A stretch of DNA of 64,000 nt, taken from positions 5,952,001-6,016,000 of the forward strand of contig OZ024749.1 in assembly GCA_964016885.1 (NCBI GenBank). The letters are read 5' to 3'. The notes under the pieces are model-generated. The model saw only the letters and a list, made by a program, of their open reading frames with translations, did no database searches and was not told the DNA's origin. The translations under genes and the position numbers were made by a program. The DNA comes from Eledone cirrhosa. Its lineage: Eukaryota. Below, one piece after another: positions 1 through 15,645 of this stretch; position 1 is the stretch's first letter, and the number at the start of each line of letters is the position of its first letter.

Positions 1-257
1 TTAGCAATAATCCTAATTCACATCCCTTAGCAATAATCATAATTCACATCCCTTAGCAATAATCCTATTTCACATCCGTTAGCAATAATCCTATTTCACA
101 TCCCTAAGCAATAATCCTATTTCACATCCCTAAGCAATAATCCTATTTCACATCCCTAAGCAATAATCCTATTTCACATCCCTTAGCAATAATCCTATTT
201 CACATCCGTTAGCAATAATCCTAATTCACATCCGTTAGCAATAATCCTAATTCACAT
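1..257. repeat. 26-bp minisatellite, ~10 copies (runs off window start)
   Basis: Unit TTAGCAATAATCCTAWTTCACATCCS repeated in tandem. Confidence 0.95.
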
Positions 258-1564
258 TGCTTTTCTTTCTTAATAGGAAGGTAAAATAACCATCAGTGCA
301 GAGGGGCTGATATGATCAACTACAAGGCATTTGGGGGGGGGGGGGGGGCTCAATATAACAGCCATTCCATAGGTGGAGAGTACCTGAATGGATGAGCAGT
401 TTTTTCCCTTCCACGTTACTTAAGTAGCAGTACTGAAGACGTTCTTATGTCTACTGAAGGACAGATGTTCTCTGCTCTACTGTATCTCTACTCCTTCATC
501 AACCTCTATCTACAAAGTAATGGCTGTATTTTATCATCAAACCAATAATATTAATAAAAAATGACTAAGTACATACCAGTTGCACAATAAATGATTATTG
601 ACTCTTTATTACTTAGTTGTAAATATATTTTCTCATTTTATTAAGATTATTTAGTTAATAACTGATATAAAACTAGTATTTGGAGATCATTGGTTACTAA
701 AGAGAAGCCAAGCTTCCGTGTAATGTAGCAATATACAAAGTTATTAAGCAAACAACACAAGACATGGTAGTTGATTTATTAAAACTTCTGGACAGGGCCA
801 TATAACAGAAGAGAAATGAAAGCAATCAAAATAAAATATGATGTCTCCCCCTCAAAGTTATATTAAATAATTCCCCAGTGGATTCTGTGCTGTTTTCTAG
901 CCAATCAATAATTATTCATTATGTAATTAGCAAATCAAACCAAATAAGAGGTGAATTTAGAATTTTAAGTACCATAACTTGAAGAAATTACAAAATATCT
1001 GCTCTTATATCCACAGAATTATATTAATCCTGACACTTTGATGTGAAATTAAACTTTCTGCCAACTTATATCATATAAATTGGTTTTGATGTGATATTTT
1101 ATGAATATTTCATGGCTCTATAGAATTACTTGAGACCTTTATTATACACAAGCTCTAAAGAAAACCAGTTTTCTCCCAAATAGAATTAATATTAGAGTAA
1201 AGAATGAAAAGTAATTAAGTATCAGTTTAAATGCTATTCTCTTCTGATGGTTCGTAATCAATAAAGTACCTAAATGACTCAAAGTGGACATTACAGACCA
1301 GCTCTGCTGGCATGCATGTCACGAAACTAAATTTATTTTCCTTACTCTGACCTATTAATGAGTATATATCATTGATATATGGAATGTCAGAATCTACAAA
1401 CTTCTCAATAAGAAATTAGCATATTTACCCTAATCAAGTTACCATACAAAATTTATTAAATTGTACACAGAAGTAGTAAGCGGATTTTCAAAATTTGGCA
1501 GATATATTAATCGAGGTAGCTAAAGAGGCTGAGCATGAACATTAACAAAAAAACAAAAACAAAT

Positions 1565-1760
1565 AATAATTGTTTCTACTTTAGGCACAAGGCCAGCAAT
1601 AATCCCCAGTACATTACTGGTACTTTGTTTTATCGACCCTCTGAAGTATGAAAGGCAAAGTTAACCTTGGCGGGAGTTAAGCTCAGAACGTAAAGGACCA
1701 TAACTCCATGCCGTTAGGCATGGTGTCTGATGATCTACCAATATTGCCAATCCACCACCC
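1565..1760 (-). mobile_element. tRNA-derived SINE family A
   Basis: Reverse complement of the family seen at 56643-56836: A-box-like TGGCAGTATCGG, B-box-like GTTCAAATCC, central GCCTTTCATCCTTACGGGGTCGATAAA, (ATT)n tail. Confidence 0.85.
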
Positions 1761-1771
1761 AAACAAACATT

Positions 1772-1965
1772 AATAATTGCTTCTACTTTTGGCACAAGAA
1801 CGGCTATTACCCCAGTGCATTACTGGTACTTCATTTTATCGACCTCGTAAGGATGAAAGGCAAAGTTAACCTCGGCGGGATTTGAACTCAGATCGTAAAG
1901 CGCCATAACTCTATGCCGCAAAGCATGGTGTCTGATGCTCTACCGATATTGCCCATCTACCACCC
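1772..1965 (-). mobile_element. tRNA-derived SINE family A (second tandem copy)
   Basis: Same family directly adjacent; a further tail fragment at ~1980-2045. Confidence 0.85.
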
Positions 1966-2144
1966 AAACAAATAATAATAATAATTGTTTCTACTTTAAG
2001 TAAAAGACCAACAATTTTATGGAAAGGGGGAATCAATTATATTGAACTCTCTCTTTAAAATGTTATTTAATGAATGTTCCTATGGTCTCCAAACAACAAT
2101 TACTGCTCAACAAATAGTTAATATAGTGGTCGTGTAGGGTCCTA

Positions 2145-2330
2145 ACAAAAAGCACCCATCACACACTGTAAACGTGGTTGGCGTTAGGAAGGGCTTCCAG
2201 CTGTTGAAACCTAGGCAGAAACAGTTCTATATGAGCAAGCCAGAGTCATCGGACCTAATTTGCTTCTAATGTGACAACCTGTCCAACCCATGCTAGTGTG
2301 GAAAATGGACATTAAACGATGATGATGATG
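2145..2330 (+). mobile_element. RTE-type 3' tail fragment
   Basis: GTTGGCGTTAGGAAGGGC...AACCCATGCTAG..GGAAAATGGAC.TTAAACGATGATG, matching the 3' end of the RTE copy at 14964-15600. Confidence 0.75.
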
Positions 2331-2356
2331 AATATCAGCCAAAGGAGAAAGTTGGA

Positions 2357-2946
2357 TCATCATCATCATCATCATCATCATTTTACGCCCGCTTTTCCCT
2401 GCTTACAAGGGTGGGACGGGAACTGATTCTGGCTTGATTTCTACAGCTGGATGCCCTTCCTAACACCAACCTCATTTACACTAAGTGCTGGGTGCTTTTT
2501 ATCCATGGCGCCTACACATCCACTTTACAGTGAGTGCTGGGTGCTTTTTTCTGTGGCATCTACACGTCCACTCTACAGTGTGGGCTGGGTGCTTTTTTAT
2601 GTGGCATCTACACATCCACTTTACAGTGAGTACTGGGTGCTTTTTTATGTGGTATCTACACATCCACTTTACAGTGTGGGCTGGGTGCTTTTTTCTGTGG
2701 CATCTACACGTCCACTTTACAGTGAGTACTGGGTGCTTTTTTTGCCGTGGCACCTCCACGACCACTTTGCAGTGGAATGATAGGGACCCCAGTCCTATCA
2801 TCTCATTTCTACAGCTGAATAAACTGGAGCAATGTGAAATAAAGTGTCTTCCTCAAGGAAACAACACATCACCCGGCCTGAGAATTGAACTCACAGCCTT
2901 TTGATTGCAAGGCCAATGCTCTAATCACTGAGCCATGTGCCTCCAT
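2357..2946 (-). mobile_element. tRNA-derived SINE family B with ~6 internal 48-bp tandem units
   Basis: Head GGCACATGGCTCAGTGATTAGAGCATTG...GAGTTCAATTCTC, CCTTGAG.AAGACACTT central segment, (GAT)n tail; 48-bp period at 2521, 2569, 2617, 2665, 2713. Confidence 0.9.
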
Positions 2947-3164
2947 ATACACATGTATATTATGTTTTAAAGAAAGTAGTTGAAATTTTGAATTTAACTC
3001 ATGAACACCCAGTAGTACCAGTGTAGACTCCAGATTGAGAAACATTGGATTGGATTATCCAATATGTTTTACCTATTTCAAGACTTCTGAATACAGTTGC
3101 AGGAGTTGGAGCAGTAATGTACTTGTTTCAGGATGCGGTCATTAGAAACTTGCCATCTTCCATT

Positions 3165-3570
3165 CAGTATTCATGCCACCCATTACCTATGGTCATGAGT
3201 CTTGGGTAATGACCAAAGGAATATAATCATAAATATAAGCAGCTGCTATGGGGTTCCTCCAAAGGGTCTTAGGTATAATGTTAGTCGATAGTGCATGTAG
3301 CTTGGTGATCAGAGAGTTGTTCCAGGTAGAGCTACTACTTCTCGCAATTGAGAGATCACAGCACAGATATGATGGACATGTTAGAAGTTCTCAGGAAAGA
3401 ATTGTTGGACAAATTTGAGGGGAAAAACTAACCAGTACGAGACCCAGCGGCAGACCCCAAGGAAGCTGTTTTGATAACATCCATGACCTCAGTTGGTCTC
3501 GCTTGGGGATTCATCCAGATCAATTGGCGATAGTTGCTTTTGACAGGACCCATGGGAATGAGTGTTTGAT
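3165..3570 (+). pseudogene. Decayed RTE-clade (Expander/Rex3-like) LINE ORF C-terminus
   Basis: Translates to TYGHESWVMTKGI*S*I*AAAMGFLQRVLG...VIRELFQVELLLLAIERSQHRYDGHV, followed by an RPSGRP motif; typical RTE post-RT region. Confidence 0.8.
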
Positions 3571-4175
3571 AACTCTGCCCCATGACTCTTCCAGGAATAA
3601 TTGAGCGAAGGAGAAGAAGAATATAATTTGATATGAATTTGGCTGCTATTTTTAGCAGGTCAGGTGACTGCATGGAGACACACTACTGGCTTAAAACTTC
3701 CAAAACTTCTCTGAAGTCAAGACATAACCACTAAAACAATAAGATTTGCATAGTTAATGGACAAGAAGCGGGAAATTAAAAAGATTTCTAAATCCTATTT
3801 ACAGTTATTTCGACATGTACAACAACCTTATCTTGTACAGATTGTTTTAAATTAAATTAAATCTCTGCTTTTGTTGCTATATACGTCTTTATTTCAGTTT
3901 TAAACCATCAAAGAAATGTCTCTTTTGTCAGCTGTAGATCAAGCTAACTTTGAGAGAGCAACAATATCTAACAATTTGTGTCCTTAACAGTATTCTAGGA
4001 GCTGTTTGCTAGGATATATCTCCCGCTGACACTCAGTAACAATTCGTCTGCAAGGGAAGAGTTATATCTATTAATGAGCCAGAGGTAACTAAACATAATA
4101 TTTCACTTTGCAGGAATTGAATTATTTATATTTCACACTTTCAAACTTCTGACACAAACTTGAAAATGTTGGTGA

Positions 4176-4225
<50 letters not shown>

Positions 4226-4545
4226 TACTAATACACACACACACATATATATATATATCATCGTTTAACGTCCATCTTCCATGCTTGCATGGGTTTGGAT
4301 GGTATATATATATATATACATATAGCCTTACTCATGCTAGCATGGAAGATGGACGTTAAACGATGATGATTATGATGATGATATATGTATTTGGAGTTAC
4401 CAGTTTAGACTAATAGGACTATTGTTCAGATTAGTAGTCAATACTTAAAGTAGAGTGTGAGTATTTTAATGAGTTAATGCACAATGGCTGAGCTATTGCC
4501 ATTTTGAAATGACAAGAACTCAGCCACCAGGCATTAATATATATA

Positions 4546-5785
4546 CCGCATATACTCGCGTATAGGTCGCACTTTTTTAACGATAAATAAGTATACATTT
4601 TTGGGGTGCGACCTATCCTATCGACATCAGACTGACCAATGATTTTTCATAGACTTAATCAACGCTGGGTATTTATAAAAATAATTTTGTCAATATTTTT
4701 TATTATTTAACATAATAATTTCATATATCTACCTTCTTATACATATATTTCTTGATTTTAAATTTTTTACTAAAACTTCGTAGTGTTTACGTTTTTTTCT
4801 ATCTGACCGAACCATCCGTCATTACAATCCATAGAAATGCATACCCGGTATTGAAAATGAGATTTCATTGTCTTAGCGTTGCTATGAACACGTATTGTGA
4901 CATATGTACTTCAACAGGAAACAGATTATTGCACGTTGTGTTTCTTTTCAAAATTAGCAAGTGAGAAAAGTTGATAGTTGAAATCTAGCAGTTTTCCGAA
5001 CAGGTGAATTAATTAAAAATGCAGATATTACAAGGTTTCAGTCGTTCTCTACATTCCAGTCAAATATTTTCATTGAAAAAAAATGTATAAAACCTTTTCA
5101 CCAGTCAAAATAATATTTGCAATGTACTCTTACACAATGTACGGTGTAAATTTACGTAACAGAGTGTTCCCAATATATAAGTTCATTAACAGGTGTGATC
5201 ATGTATTGGTGTTGTATCTTTCAACCACGTTGCTGTAATATTTTCAATGGTGTCCGTCAGATCTTCGCTTTCACTTTCAAAGTAACTATCATCGTCAGAA
5301 ATAAATACGTCTGATTCATTTGAAGATAAATCACTAATATTATCTTGTGTTTTTTTTTCATTTCGAATGTCGTCGCATGTAAAACCTTCAAGTCGGTATT
5401 CACAACTTAGGGAAGCCATATTGATACGCACACATCTGTTATACATTCAACGTTAAAAAACACGTTTAATTTCAAGTTGTTTCACTATATTAAGAGTTAA
5501 TTTTCGCGCTTAAAGGCTTTATCTCTCAGTAATCTCGAATTGACGAAATTTTGATGACGTTAATGTTTATTTTATAAATAAAACATGGTTTGTAGTATAT
5601 ATCGCAACGGTGAAGTAATGGAAAGCTAACAGATTATTAGTTTCAATTACCATAAAAAATATTAGTTTGACGGCCCAAATTTCAGTGCGACCTATCTGCG
5701 AGTCAATGGCAAATAGCCTATTTGTTAAATGAAAAGTAGGTATGCGACCTATCTGCCGGGGAGACCTATACGCGAGTATATACGG
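4546..5785. mobile_element. Non-autonomous Tc1/mariner-superfamily (Tc2/pogo-like) DNA transposon, 1.24 kb
   Basis: 23-bp TIRs CCGYATATACTCGCGTATAGGTC with flanking TA; subterminal GTGCGACCTAT repeats at both ends. Confidence 0.85.
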
Positions 5786-5795
5786 TACATATGTG

Positions 5796-5848
<53 letters not shown>

Positions 5849-6044
5849 TCTTTTACATGTTCCAGCCATCCGGCGGAGCAATGCTGGGGAATATAGTAAG
5901 TAGATTCCTGAGTTGTGTTGGGGTTTAGCACAGTTAAAAACTAGTCCTGTAGAAGTCAATCCTATATAGAATAGAAACATTCATACACACACACACCTAT
6001 ATATATATGTGTGTGTGTGTGTGTCTGTGTATATATACATATAT

Positions 6045-6640
6045 CGTCATCACCGTTTAACGTCCATTTTCCACACTAGCATGGGTTAGGCGGATTTGTC
6101 CCATTTGAGGCAAGTCAGGTCAAGTGACCCTGTCTCGCTCATATAGGGCTGTTTCTGGCTGATCTACAGCTGGATGCCCTTCCTAGCACCAACCACTTTA
6201 TAATGTGGGCTGGATATTTTGTGATATCAACATAACTTTACAGAGTAAGTGTAATGTGGGCAGACGTGGGAGGGAGATGTAGGAGGTTTGTAGGGGGCGT
6301 GTATATTAGATGAAGGGGTGCCTACTGACTGTAGGTTTAACTTCATACGTAAGGGAAGGCGGGTCTGCTGTATTACTGCATAGCGCCAAATATCTCGTTC
6401 CTGGGTCATTGTCTAAGAAAGGTGCAAGTGTGCAAGGTCAGCTTTTATCACCTCCTCTCAGGACTTTCTGGGTCTTTCTGCTCTGTAGCTTCCATCAATT
6501 TTGATCGCCCTGCACCTTTTTATACAGCTGTCCTCCTTCAAATGCACCACGTGACTATACCAATGCAATCTCCTCTCTAGTATACTGCATTTGACCCCTC
6601 TTATGCCTAATTTCTCACTTAGTTCGCTTACATTTTGCCA
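6045..6640 (-). mobile_element. 5'-truncated RTE LINE (ORF end plus 3' UTR)
   Basis: Same family as 14964-15600; MTQERDIWRYAVIQQTRL; tail with AACCCATGCTAG and (GAT)n. Confidence 0.85.
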
Positions 6641-6694
6641 TAGCTTCCATCTACCAACTTATATTGTAAAGGCATTGCTCAGCACAAGGCTATA

Positions 6695-6810
6695 ATATCA
6701 TAAGGTTGTACTAGAAAAGACTTGCCTAAGGTTATAGTAGAGGAGACTTGCTAAATGATATAGAAGAAGATACTTGCTCAATGATATAGAAGAGACTTGT
6801 TCAATGCACC
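6695..6810. repeat. Degenerate ~27-bp tandem repeat (related block at 7986-8115)
   Basis: Units like GTTATAGAAGAAGAGACTTGCTCAAG at both loci. Confidence 0.7.
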
Positions 6811-7243
6811 ATGGAATAAGACTGAACATGAAACCACTTGGTTCAGAAACAAACTCCTTTACCACACAGCTATGCCTGAACCTATTTTTATCATGCTTAT
6901 ATTTGTGTATCCTTTCATATGAGCAAAGAGAGAGAAAAAAGGTTATCTGAATGTTGAATTGGATTATACTGGCTCCAAATTGGTATTCTTGCAATGGAGG
7001 CACTAACAAACCGAGACAAGGATATTTAAAATGAATTAAAGAAACTGAAGGAAACATTTCCTTATCTGATAATTAACGAAATACAATCAGGTTGATTGAA
7101 GTCATACTGAAGAAATATTTCAGTTAAAGCGCTTGAATCTAATGTCACTCTCACCGCTTCTGTGCTATTGTTGCTATATGGAGGCTGACAGGAGTATATA
7201 TAGTATATGTACGTATGACTATATCTACGATTATAGATATAAG

Positions 7244-7274
<31 letters not shown>

Positions 7275-7596
7275 AAGTATGTCTATCATGATCATCATCT
7301 TCATTATCACTATTTAATGTCTATTTTCCATGCTTGCTTGGGTTGTGTGTGTGTAAAAAAAAAATATATATATACAGTATTTTCCGTTGTGTTGTAATAT
7401 AAATATTACACACAGTAGATTGACAGCTGACGTAGAGTTTGCTCGACGGTTCCAGTTGTAGTTCCAAAAGTAATCCGGAGAAAAATAGAAAGATTTGAAT
7501 GGATACAGTTTAGTTGAAAGGAATTTATTGACACGTGTTTCTATAACAGTTACATAACTTGAAAACAGCTGCTATCTACAGAGTATTAGTTATGCA

Positions 7597-7694
<98 letters not shown>

Positions 7695-7708
7695 TATATA
7701 ATATATAT

Positions 7709-7741
<33 letters not shown>

Positions 7742-7761
7742 GTATTTATATATATATACAA

Positions 7762-7985
7762 TGGATGCACATGGCTTAGTGGTTGGAGCATTGGCCTTGC
7801 AATCGAAAGGTTGTGAGTTCAATTTTCAGACCAGGTGATGTGTTGTTTCCTTGAGAAAGACACTTTATTTCACATTGCTCCAGTTTACTCAGCTGTAGAA
7901 ATGAGATGATAGGGACTGGGGTCCATATCATTCCACTGTGGACGTGTAGGCTCACGGAAAAAAAGCACCCAGCCCACACTGTAAA
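7762..7985 (+). mobile_element. SINE family B, 3'-truncated
   Basis: GCACATGGCTTAGTGGTTGGAGCATTGG head through the first 48-bp module. Confidence 0.85.
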
Positions 7986-8116
7986 TGAGAAGAGACTTGC
8001 TCAGTGATATAGAAGAGACTTGCTCAAGGTTATAGAAGAAGAGATTCCCTAAGGTTATAGAAGAAGAGATTCCCTAAGGTTATAGAAGAAGAGACATGCT
8101 CAAGGTTATAGAAAAA

Positions 8117-8255
8117 GTCCAGAAATAGCCGTTGAAATTGCTTGAGCTCTGCCGTCGGAGTTATACATTCTCCCTTTACCCACTCTACTACCCTAAGTAT
8201 TGAGTACTCTGGTGCGTTATGCTCCATCTGGTTCCTTAACACATCTCCTTCGTTT
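8117..8255 (+). mobile_element. Penelope-like terminal fragment carrying the 3' half of an HHR
   Basis: Homologous to 58842-58980; ends in a TA run. Confidence 0.6.
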
Positions 8256-8269
8256 TATATATATATATA

Positions 8270-8945
8270 TCATAAAACATGTCTATAGAATGACCAGATA
8301 AAATATATACCATTTCGTCTCCCAATTAGCATAATTAACCATATAAAAAATCGATTAGACCAAGCTATAAGAATAAAGGCTTCTATGAAGAAATCTCCGT
8401 AAGCAACTAACCACATTCCTTCTAACCTGACCGCTGCTACGTCACGATTCTTAGCCGTTTTTGAATGTATTCTTGGCGCGATCACTTTTGAAAATTTATT
8501 GTCTAAATTTGAGCTAACTTCCTGAAGAGTCCGGTGCTCTAGGTGTCTGAAGCTATCGGATATTTTAAAATGCGGACGAAACCATGGTCGAGGTAACTAA
8601 ATATGTTCACTTTTCTCCTAGTTTATTTTATACATAATTCTGTTTAATTGACTGTATATCTGGGCGATTCATACACGCTGTCGAAATACTCTATAAATAT
8701 TCCGTCGCGGCCGGCGCGAAGGGCTGATTTCGGTTATTTGTCGGAGATTTCTTCATAGAAGCCTTTATTCTTATAGCTTGGTCTAATCGATTTTTTATAT
8801 GGTTGATTATGCTAATTGGGAGAGTAAATGGTATATATTTTATCTGGTGATTCTATAGACATGTTTTATGACATATAGCTCTGATTATTTAATTTATTAA
8901 TTTTTCATTGAGCCACAAAGTGACCCGTTGCAAAACACGTATAAA
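8270..8945. mobile_element. Foldback element (130-bp inverted arms 8270-8399/8742-8871) with internal HHR; Penelope-like pLTR remnant
   Basis: Arms are near reverse complements; bounded by (TA)n on both sides. Confidence 0.7.
8517..8594 (+). ncRNA. Type-I hammerhead ribozyme motif, intact
   Basis: Stem I ACTTC/GAGGT, core CTGAAGA, stem II GTCCG/CGGAC with inner TGTCTGA/TCGGATA, GAAA, palindromic stem III ACCATGGT, GUC site at 8589. Confidence 0.85.
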
Positions 8946-8948
8946 TAA

Positions 8949-9009
<61 letters not shown>

Positions 9010-9402
9010 GAGTGGCAGCTATGCTATATGTTTCAAGTAAATGATGGATTAGTTTATAGTAGTATAATCCTGTTAGAATAAAGTTTGCTGCTAATCGGGG
9101 GGGGGGGGGGGGTAAATATACACCTTGGAAGCTCTAGCTAATATAAACAAAATTAAAGAAATAATTACAAACAAATTCAAAGGAACACATAAACACATAT
9201 ACTCACAAATACATATATACATACACACACACATACACTCACAAATATATATATATGCATTCGCACACACATATGCATATATATGCATGTATACACATAT
9301 ACAGAAAAACATATGTATGTATTTAAGCAAGAATATGGACACCTCCTTCACTCTCACTTGTTTTATTTGCTAACAGTGTTTCATCCATACGCTAGGGAAG
9401 GA

Positions 9403-11818
<2,416 letters not shown>

Positions 11819-13154
11819 CTAATGGAATGCATGCAACATTTACTTTTTATTTGCCTATAAAAAGGAACAAAAACATTTTAAAAACCCCAAAAATTTAGGA
11901 TATTTGTAATTTACTGATAAACTTTATGGTTCTAACGAGATACATGGAAGCTGATATATTTTTTTTTTTTGATTTTCCCCTCTGCCTTTAATTAAAATCT
12001 ACTTTTAGTTTACTTCATTACATCAGAAGAGAGAAAAATAAATAAATTTAAAAAAAACAAATAAAAAAAGAACAAACAAATAAATAAAAAAGTAAAAAAA
12101 TAAAAATAAATAAATATATGCAACACAGAAGAAAAAAAATAATTTAAAATACAACAACTAAACAATGTAATGCGAACCCTTTTGAAGCATATAAATTGCT
12201 ATTTTATACAATTAATACCAGTTCAACTAAAATTAATTGAAGTGTAGCATTATATCTTTATCTAATTAAAATGTAATACTATATATATATATATCCTTGT
12301 CTGAAATATTTTCATTTCACACAAATTATCTTTAGATGTGGGTTAATTGTCTTCTTTTAATTAAGCCTGAATCTGTAGGATTTGTTTTCTTTTTTCCTCT
12401 TAAGGAAGGAAAAATGAAAAGTTCATGAGCTGCTCTAGACAATGTCTGTATTTAGGACTATGGTAATCAAGCTAGGTTTGGGGCCTGAAAATGAAAGGAT
12501 CATGCCATGCCTACGACCGCACCAGATTTGGGTATATGCTAACAAGATGCAGCTGAAAGTTTTGCAATCCATAAGGACCTAAAGATTATTTTCAAAAAGC
12601 ATATATTTTCACCTATTAACTGCTTTATTTCTAATGAAAAACACTAACTATGATTTCTGATAGTTTTGAAAACTAGAATTTCTTTCAACACGCAGATGCA
12701 TGTATGAGTATATAAATATAAATGTGTAAACACAGACACACTCACAAAAATACACACTCACAGACATACATTCACACATACACACTCATACATACATTTA
12801 AACAAACACACACATACACACGCACTCACACACAGTGTAGCAAATGGAACATCAGTTGCTGCTTTGCTATAGTTTTTTAAACATCCCCTTCCTTTATTTT
12901 ACACACACACATATTGTATGACAGATGGAAGTCGCTCAAATTTATATATAGACAATCAAGAATTTGGATAAATTTCATAATGTAAATAAATAACTTTCTC
13001 ATTACTGAGCTGGTTGTTGGAGCATAACTTAATACAGGTTCTTACATAACGTTAGGTTGGACAGTTTCTAAATAATCATAAACTCTTGTAAAATAAAGTT
13101 TTGTATCATAGAACCATGGTCTACAGGGAGTTTGGTATTGAAAATGTTAAAGTA

Positions 13155-13638
13155 AAATATTACTAAAACAGAGATCGTCTGTTTGTCTGTCTGTCTGTCT
13201 GTCTGACTCTCTGTCTGTACAATCACTAAAACTCGAGAACCACCCAACCAATTGTTTTAAAACTTTAAACATGTAATACTTATGGTCCTCTTGAGTGTTC
13301 TGAGCAAAACAAAATTCAAATGTTCAATGCCCTAGGGACCGCATTAGGCGATTTAGCAATCTCTTTCACTCTCTCTTAGTCTTTCTCTTTTTAGATAGAT
13401 ACATAGATATTACGTTGCACCCTTATAATATCTGTCTGTATGCCTGACTGTCTGCATTACGTCATTATTACGCAGTGTGTGTGTGCGTATATATATATAT
13501 ATAGTGTGTGTATATATATATATAGTGTGTGTAACGTTTTTCGAAATATTTACTTCTGCGTTCACAGATTTATTATTTTAGTTTCAGAAGATCCCGTTAA
13601 GGGTGAAAGCAGCGATTCTTTGCTTAAACTTTAATCTG

Positions 13639-13709
<71 letters not shown>

Positions 13710-14029
13710 TATATTTGTGTACAGATACTTTTGCATACACATATAAACAAAAGTATTTATTTCGCAATAAAGTATTGATTTTTTTCAAACGAAAAAAAAA
13801 CCCTGGTAATGTACGACAAACTTTTTTTATAAGCACAAAATGTAGACACAACCCGAGGCCGAGGTATTCCGTACGGTTATTTATATATTCGTGTACAGAT
13901 ATCTTTGCATACACAATAACAAAATATAAACAAACGTATTTACTTCCCGAGGCTCGAGAAGGATACATATATATGAAATATATAAGAACCCTAGAGCATG
14001 TCCCGAGCAACGCCGAGCCATTCTGCTAG
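13155..14029 (+). mobile_element. Non-autonomous Helitron-like element
   Basis: (CTGT)n near the 5' end; 3' end CCCGAGCAACGCCGAG hairpin-like then CTGCTAG|T; 5' boundary approximate. Confidence 0.6.
13580..13630 (+). ncRNA. Hammerhead motif with U4->A core change
   Basis: AGTTT/AAACT stem I, CAGAAGA, CCC/GGG stem II, GAAA, stem III AGCAG/TTGCT. Confidence 0.6.
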
Positions 14030-14184
14030 TCACAGTCTAAAAGTGTTCCTACAAGACACAGCTATCTTCTATATGACACATTCAAGTTAATAGCATGACT
14101 CAATACAATCTCTCCACACACAACATACTCTGTATATACACTCACTACCCAATAAAGTAACACGATTGTCATTGTAAACAACTG

Positions 14185-14565
14185 AATTTCTAATATATGC
14201 ACAAGGCCAGTAATGTTGGGAGAGTGGTAAGTCGACTAAATCGACCTCAGTGCATTACTGGTGCATTATTTTATCAACCACAGGAGGGCGGTGGATTGGC
14301 AGTATCGGTAGAGGGTCGGACGCCATGCTTTGCAGCAAAGAGTTACGGCCCTTTATAGTCTGAGTTCAAATCTCGCCGAGGTTAACTTTGCCTTTCATTC
14401 TTACCGGGTCGATAAATTAAAGTACCAGTAATGTACTGGGATAATTGCTGGCCTTGTGCCAAAAGTAGAAATAATTATTTTATCAACCACATAAGGATGA
14501 AAGGCAAAGCTAACCTCAGTGGGATTTGAACTCAGAACGTAAAGGGACATAACTTTATGCCACTA
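14185..14565. mobile_element. SINE A (+, ~14285-14478) nested in an older SINE A (-)
   Basis: TSD ATTATTTT(T)ATCAACCACA on both sides of the inner copy. Confidence 0.85.
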
Positions 14566-14804
14566 AATAATACAAATAAACACATACAGCATATATATTA
14601 CACAATCAGCCCATAAAACATTAACAAATCCACATTCAACTTAAAAGGTAGAATAAACGTGACACAAGACACCCTATAATGAATTAGTGTCCGCAATTAT
14701 TTCTTTGATGAAGGGATTTTAACCCAAAATATAAGGACCTATATAACTCAAAGGTTAAAAAGAATCCTAATAACTTTGTGCTTGTTATTTTTTTTATTAA
14801 TTAA

Positions 14805-15645
14805 CCCTTTAGCATTTAAACCGGCCATATCCAGCCAGAATTCTCTCACCTCTTCTGTCCAAAAATTGGCTGCTCATACTTATGTTAAGGTATTGTTCTC
14901 AAAATAAATAATATCAAAATCTCATAGATTCGATATTATATAAAATAAAGCCTTTACCATGAAGATACACGAAGTATGCATGCTCCGTTGGGTGTGTAAT
15001 AGTAATATACGTGAACGGCAAAGCATAAATGAACTAAGTGAGAAATTTGGAATAAGAGGGATCAGATGCTGTTTACTCGAGAGAAGACTACGTTGGTATT
15101 GCCACGTGATGCACATGAAAGACGACAGCTGTATAAAAAAGTGCAGGGCGATCAAAATTGATGGTAGTTACGGAGTAGGTAGACCCAGAAAAACCTGGGA
15201 CAATCTGATAAATTCCGACCTTACACACTTGCACCTCTCACTGGACCGAGATCTTTGGCGCTACGCAGTAATACAGAAGACCCGCCTTGCCTATGTACAA
15301 AGCGAAACCTACTGTCAGTAGGCACCTCTTAACCAAATATACACCCAAATCCACTACCCCTACCCTATCCTCCCACCAACAGCACGAGATAATGAGATCG
15401 AAATCGTGTAGGTGTGACGAGAAAAAACACACAGTCCACGCTGTAATGTAGTTGGTGTTAGGAAGGGCATCCATCCATAGAAAACATGCCAGATAGTCCT
15501 ATATGAGCGAGACACGGTCACCCGACCAACCTTGCCTCAAGTGGGACAACTCCCGTCTAACCCAAGCTAGCGTGGAAAATGGACGTTAAACAAAGATGAT
15601 AAACGAAGATGATACGATAGTAAATATAGAGTAAATGCTAAAGGG
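14805..15645. mobile_element. piggyBac-type MITE interrupted by an RTE insertion
   Basis: TTAA TSD, 14-bp TIR CCCTTTAGCATTTA...TAAATGCTAAAGGG. Confidence 0.85.
14964..15600 (+). mobile_element. 5'-truncated RTE LINE (ORF end plus 3' UTR)
   Basis: EVCMLRWVC...RRLRWYCHVMHM...GRPRKTW...DRDLWRYAV, a canonical RTE C-terminus. Confidence 0.9.
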
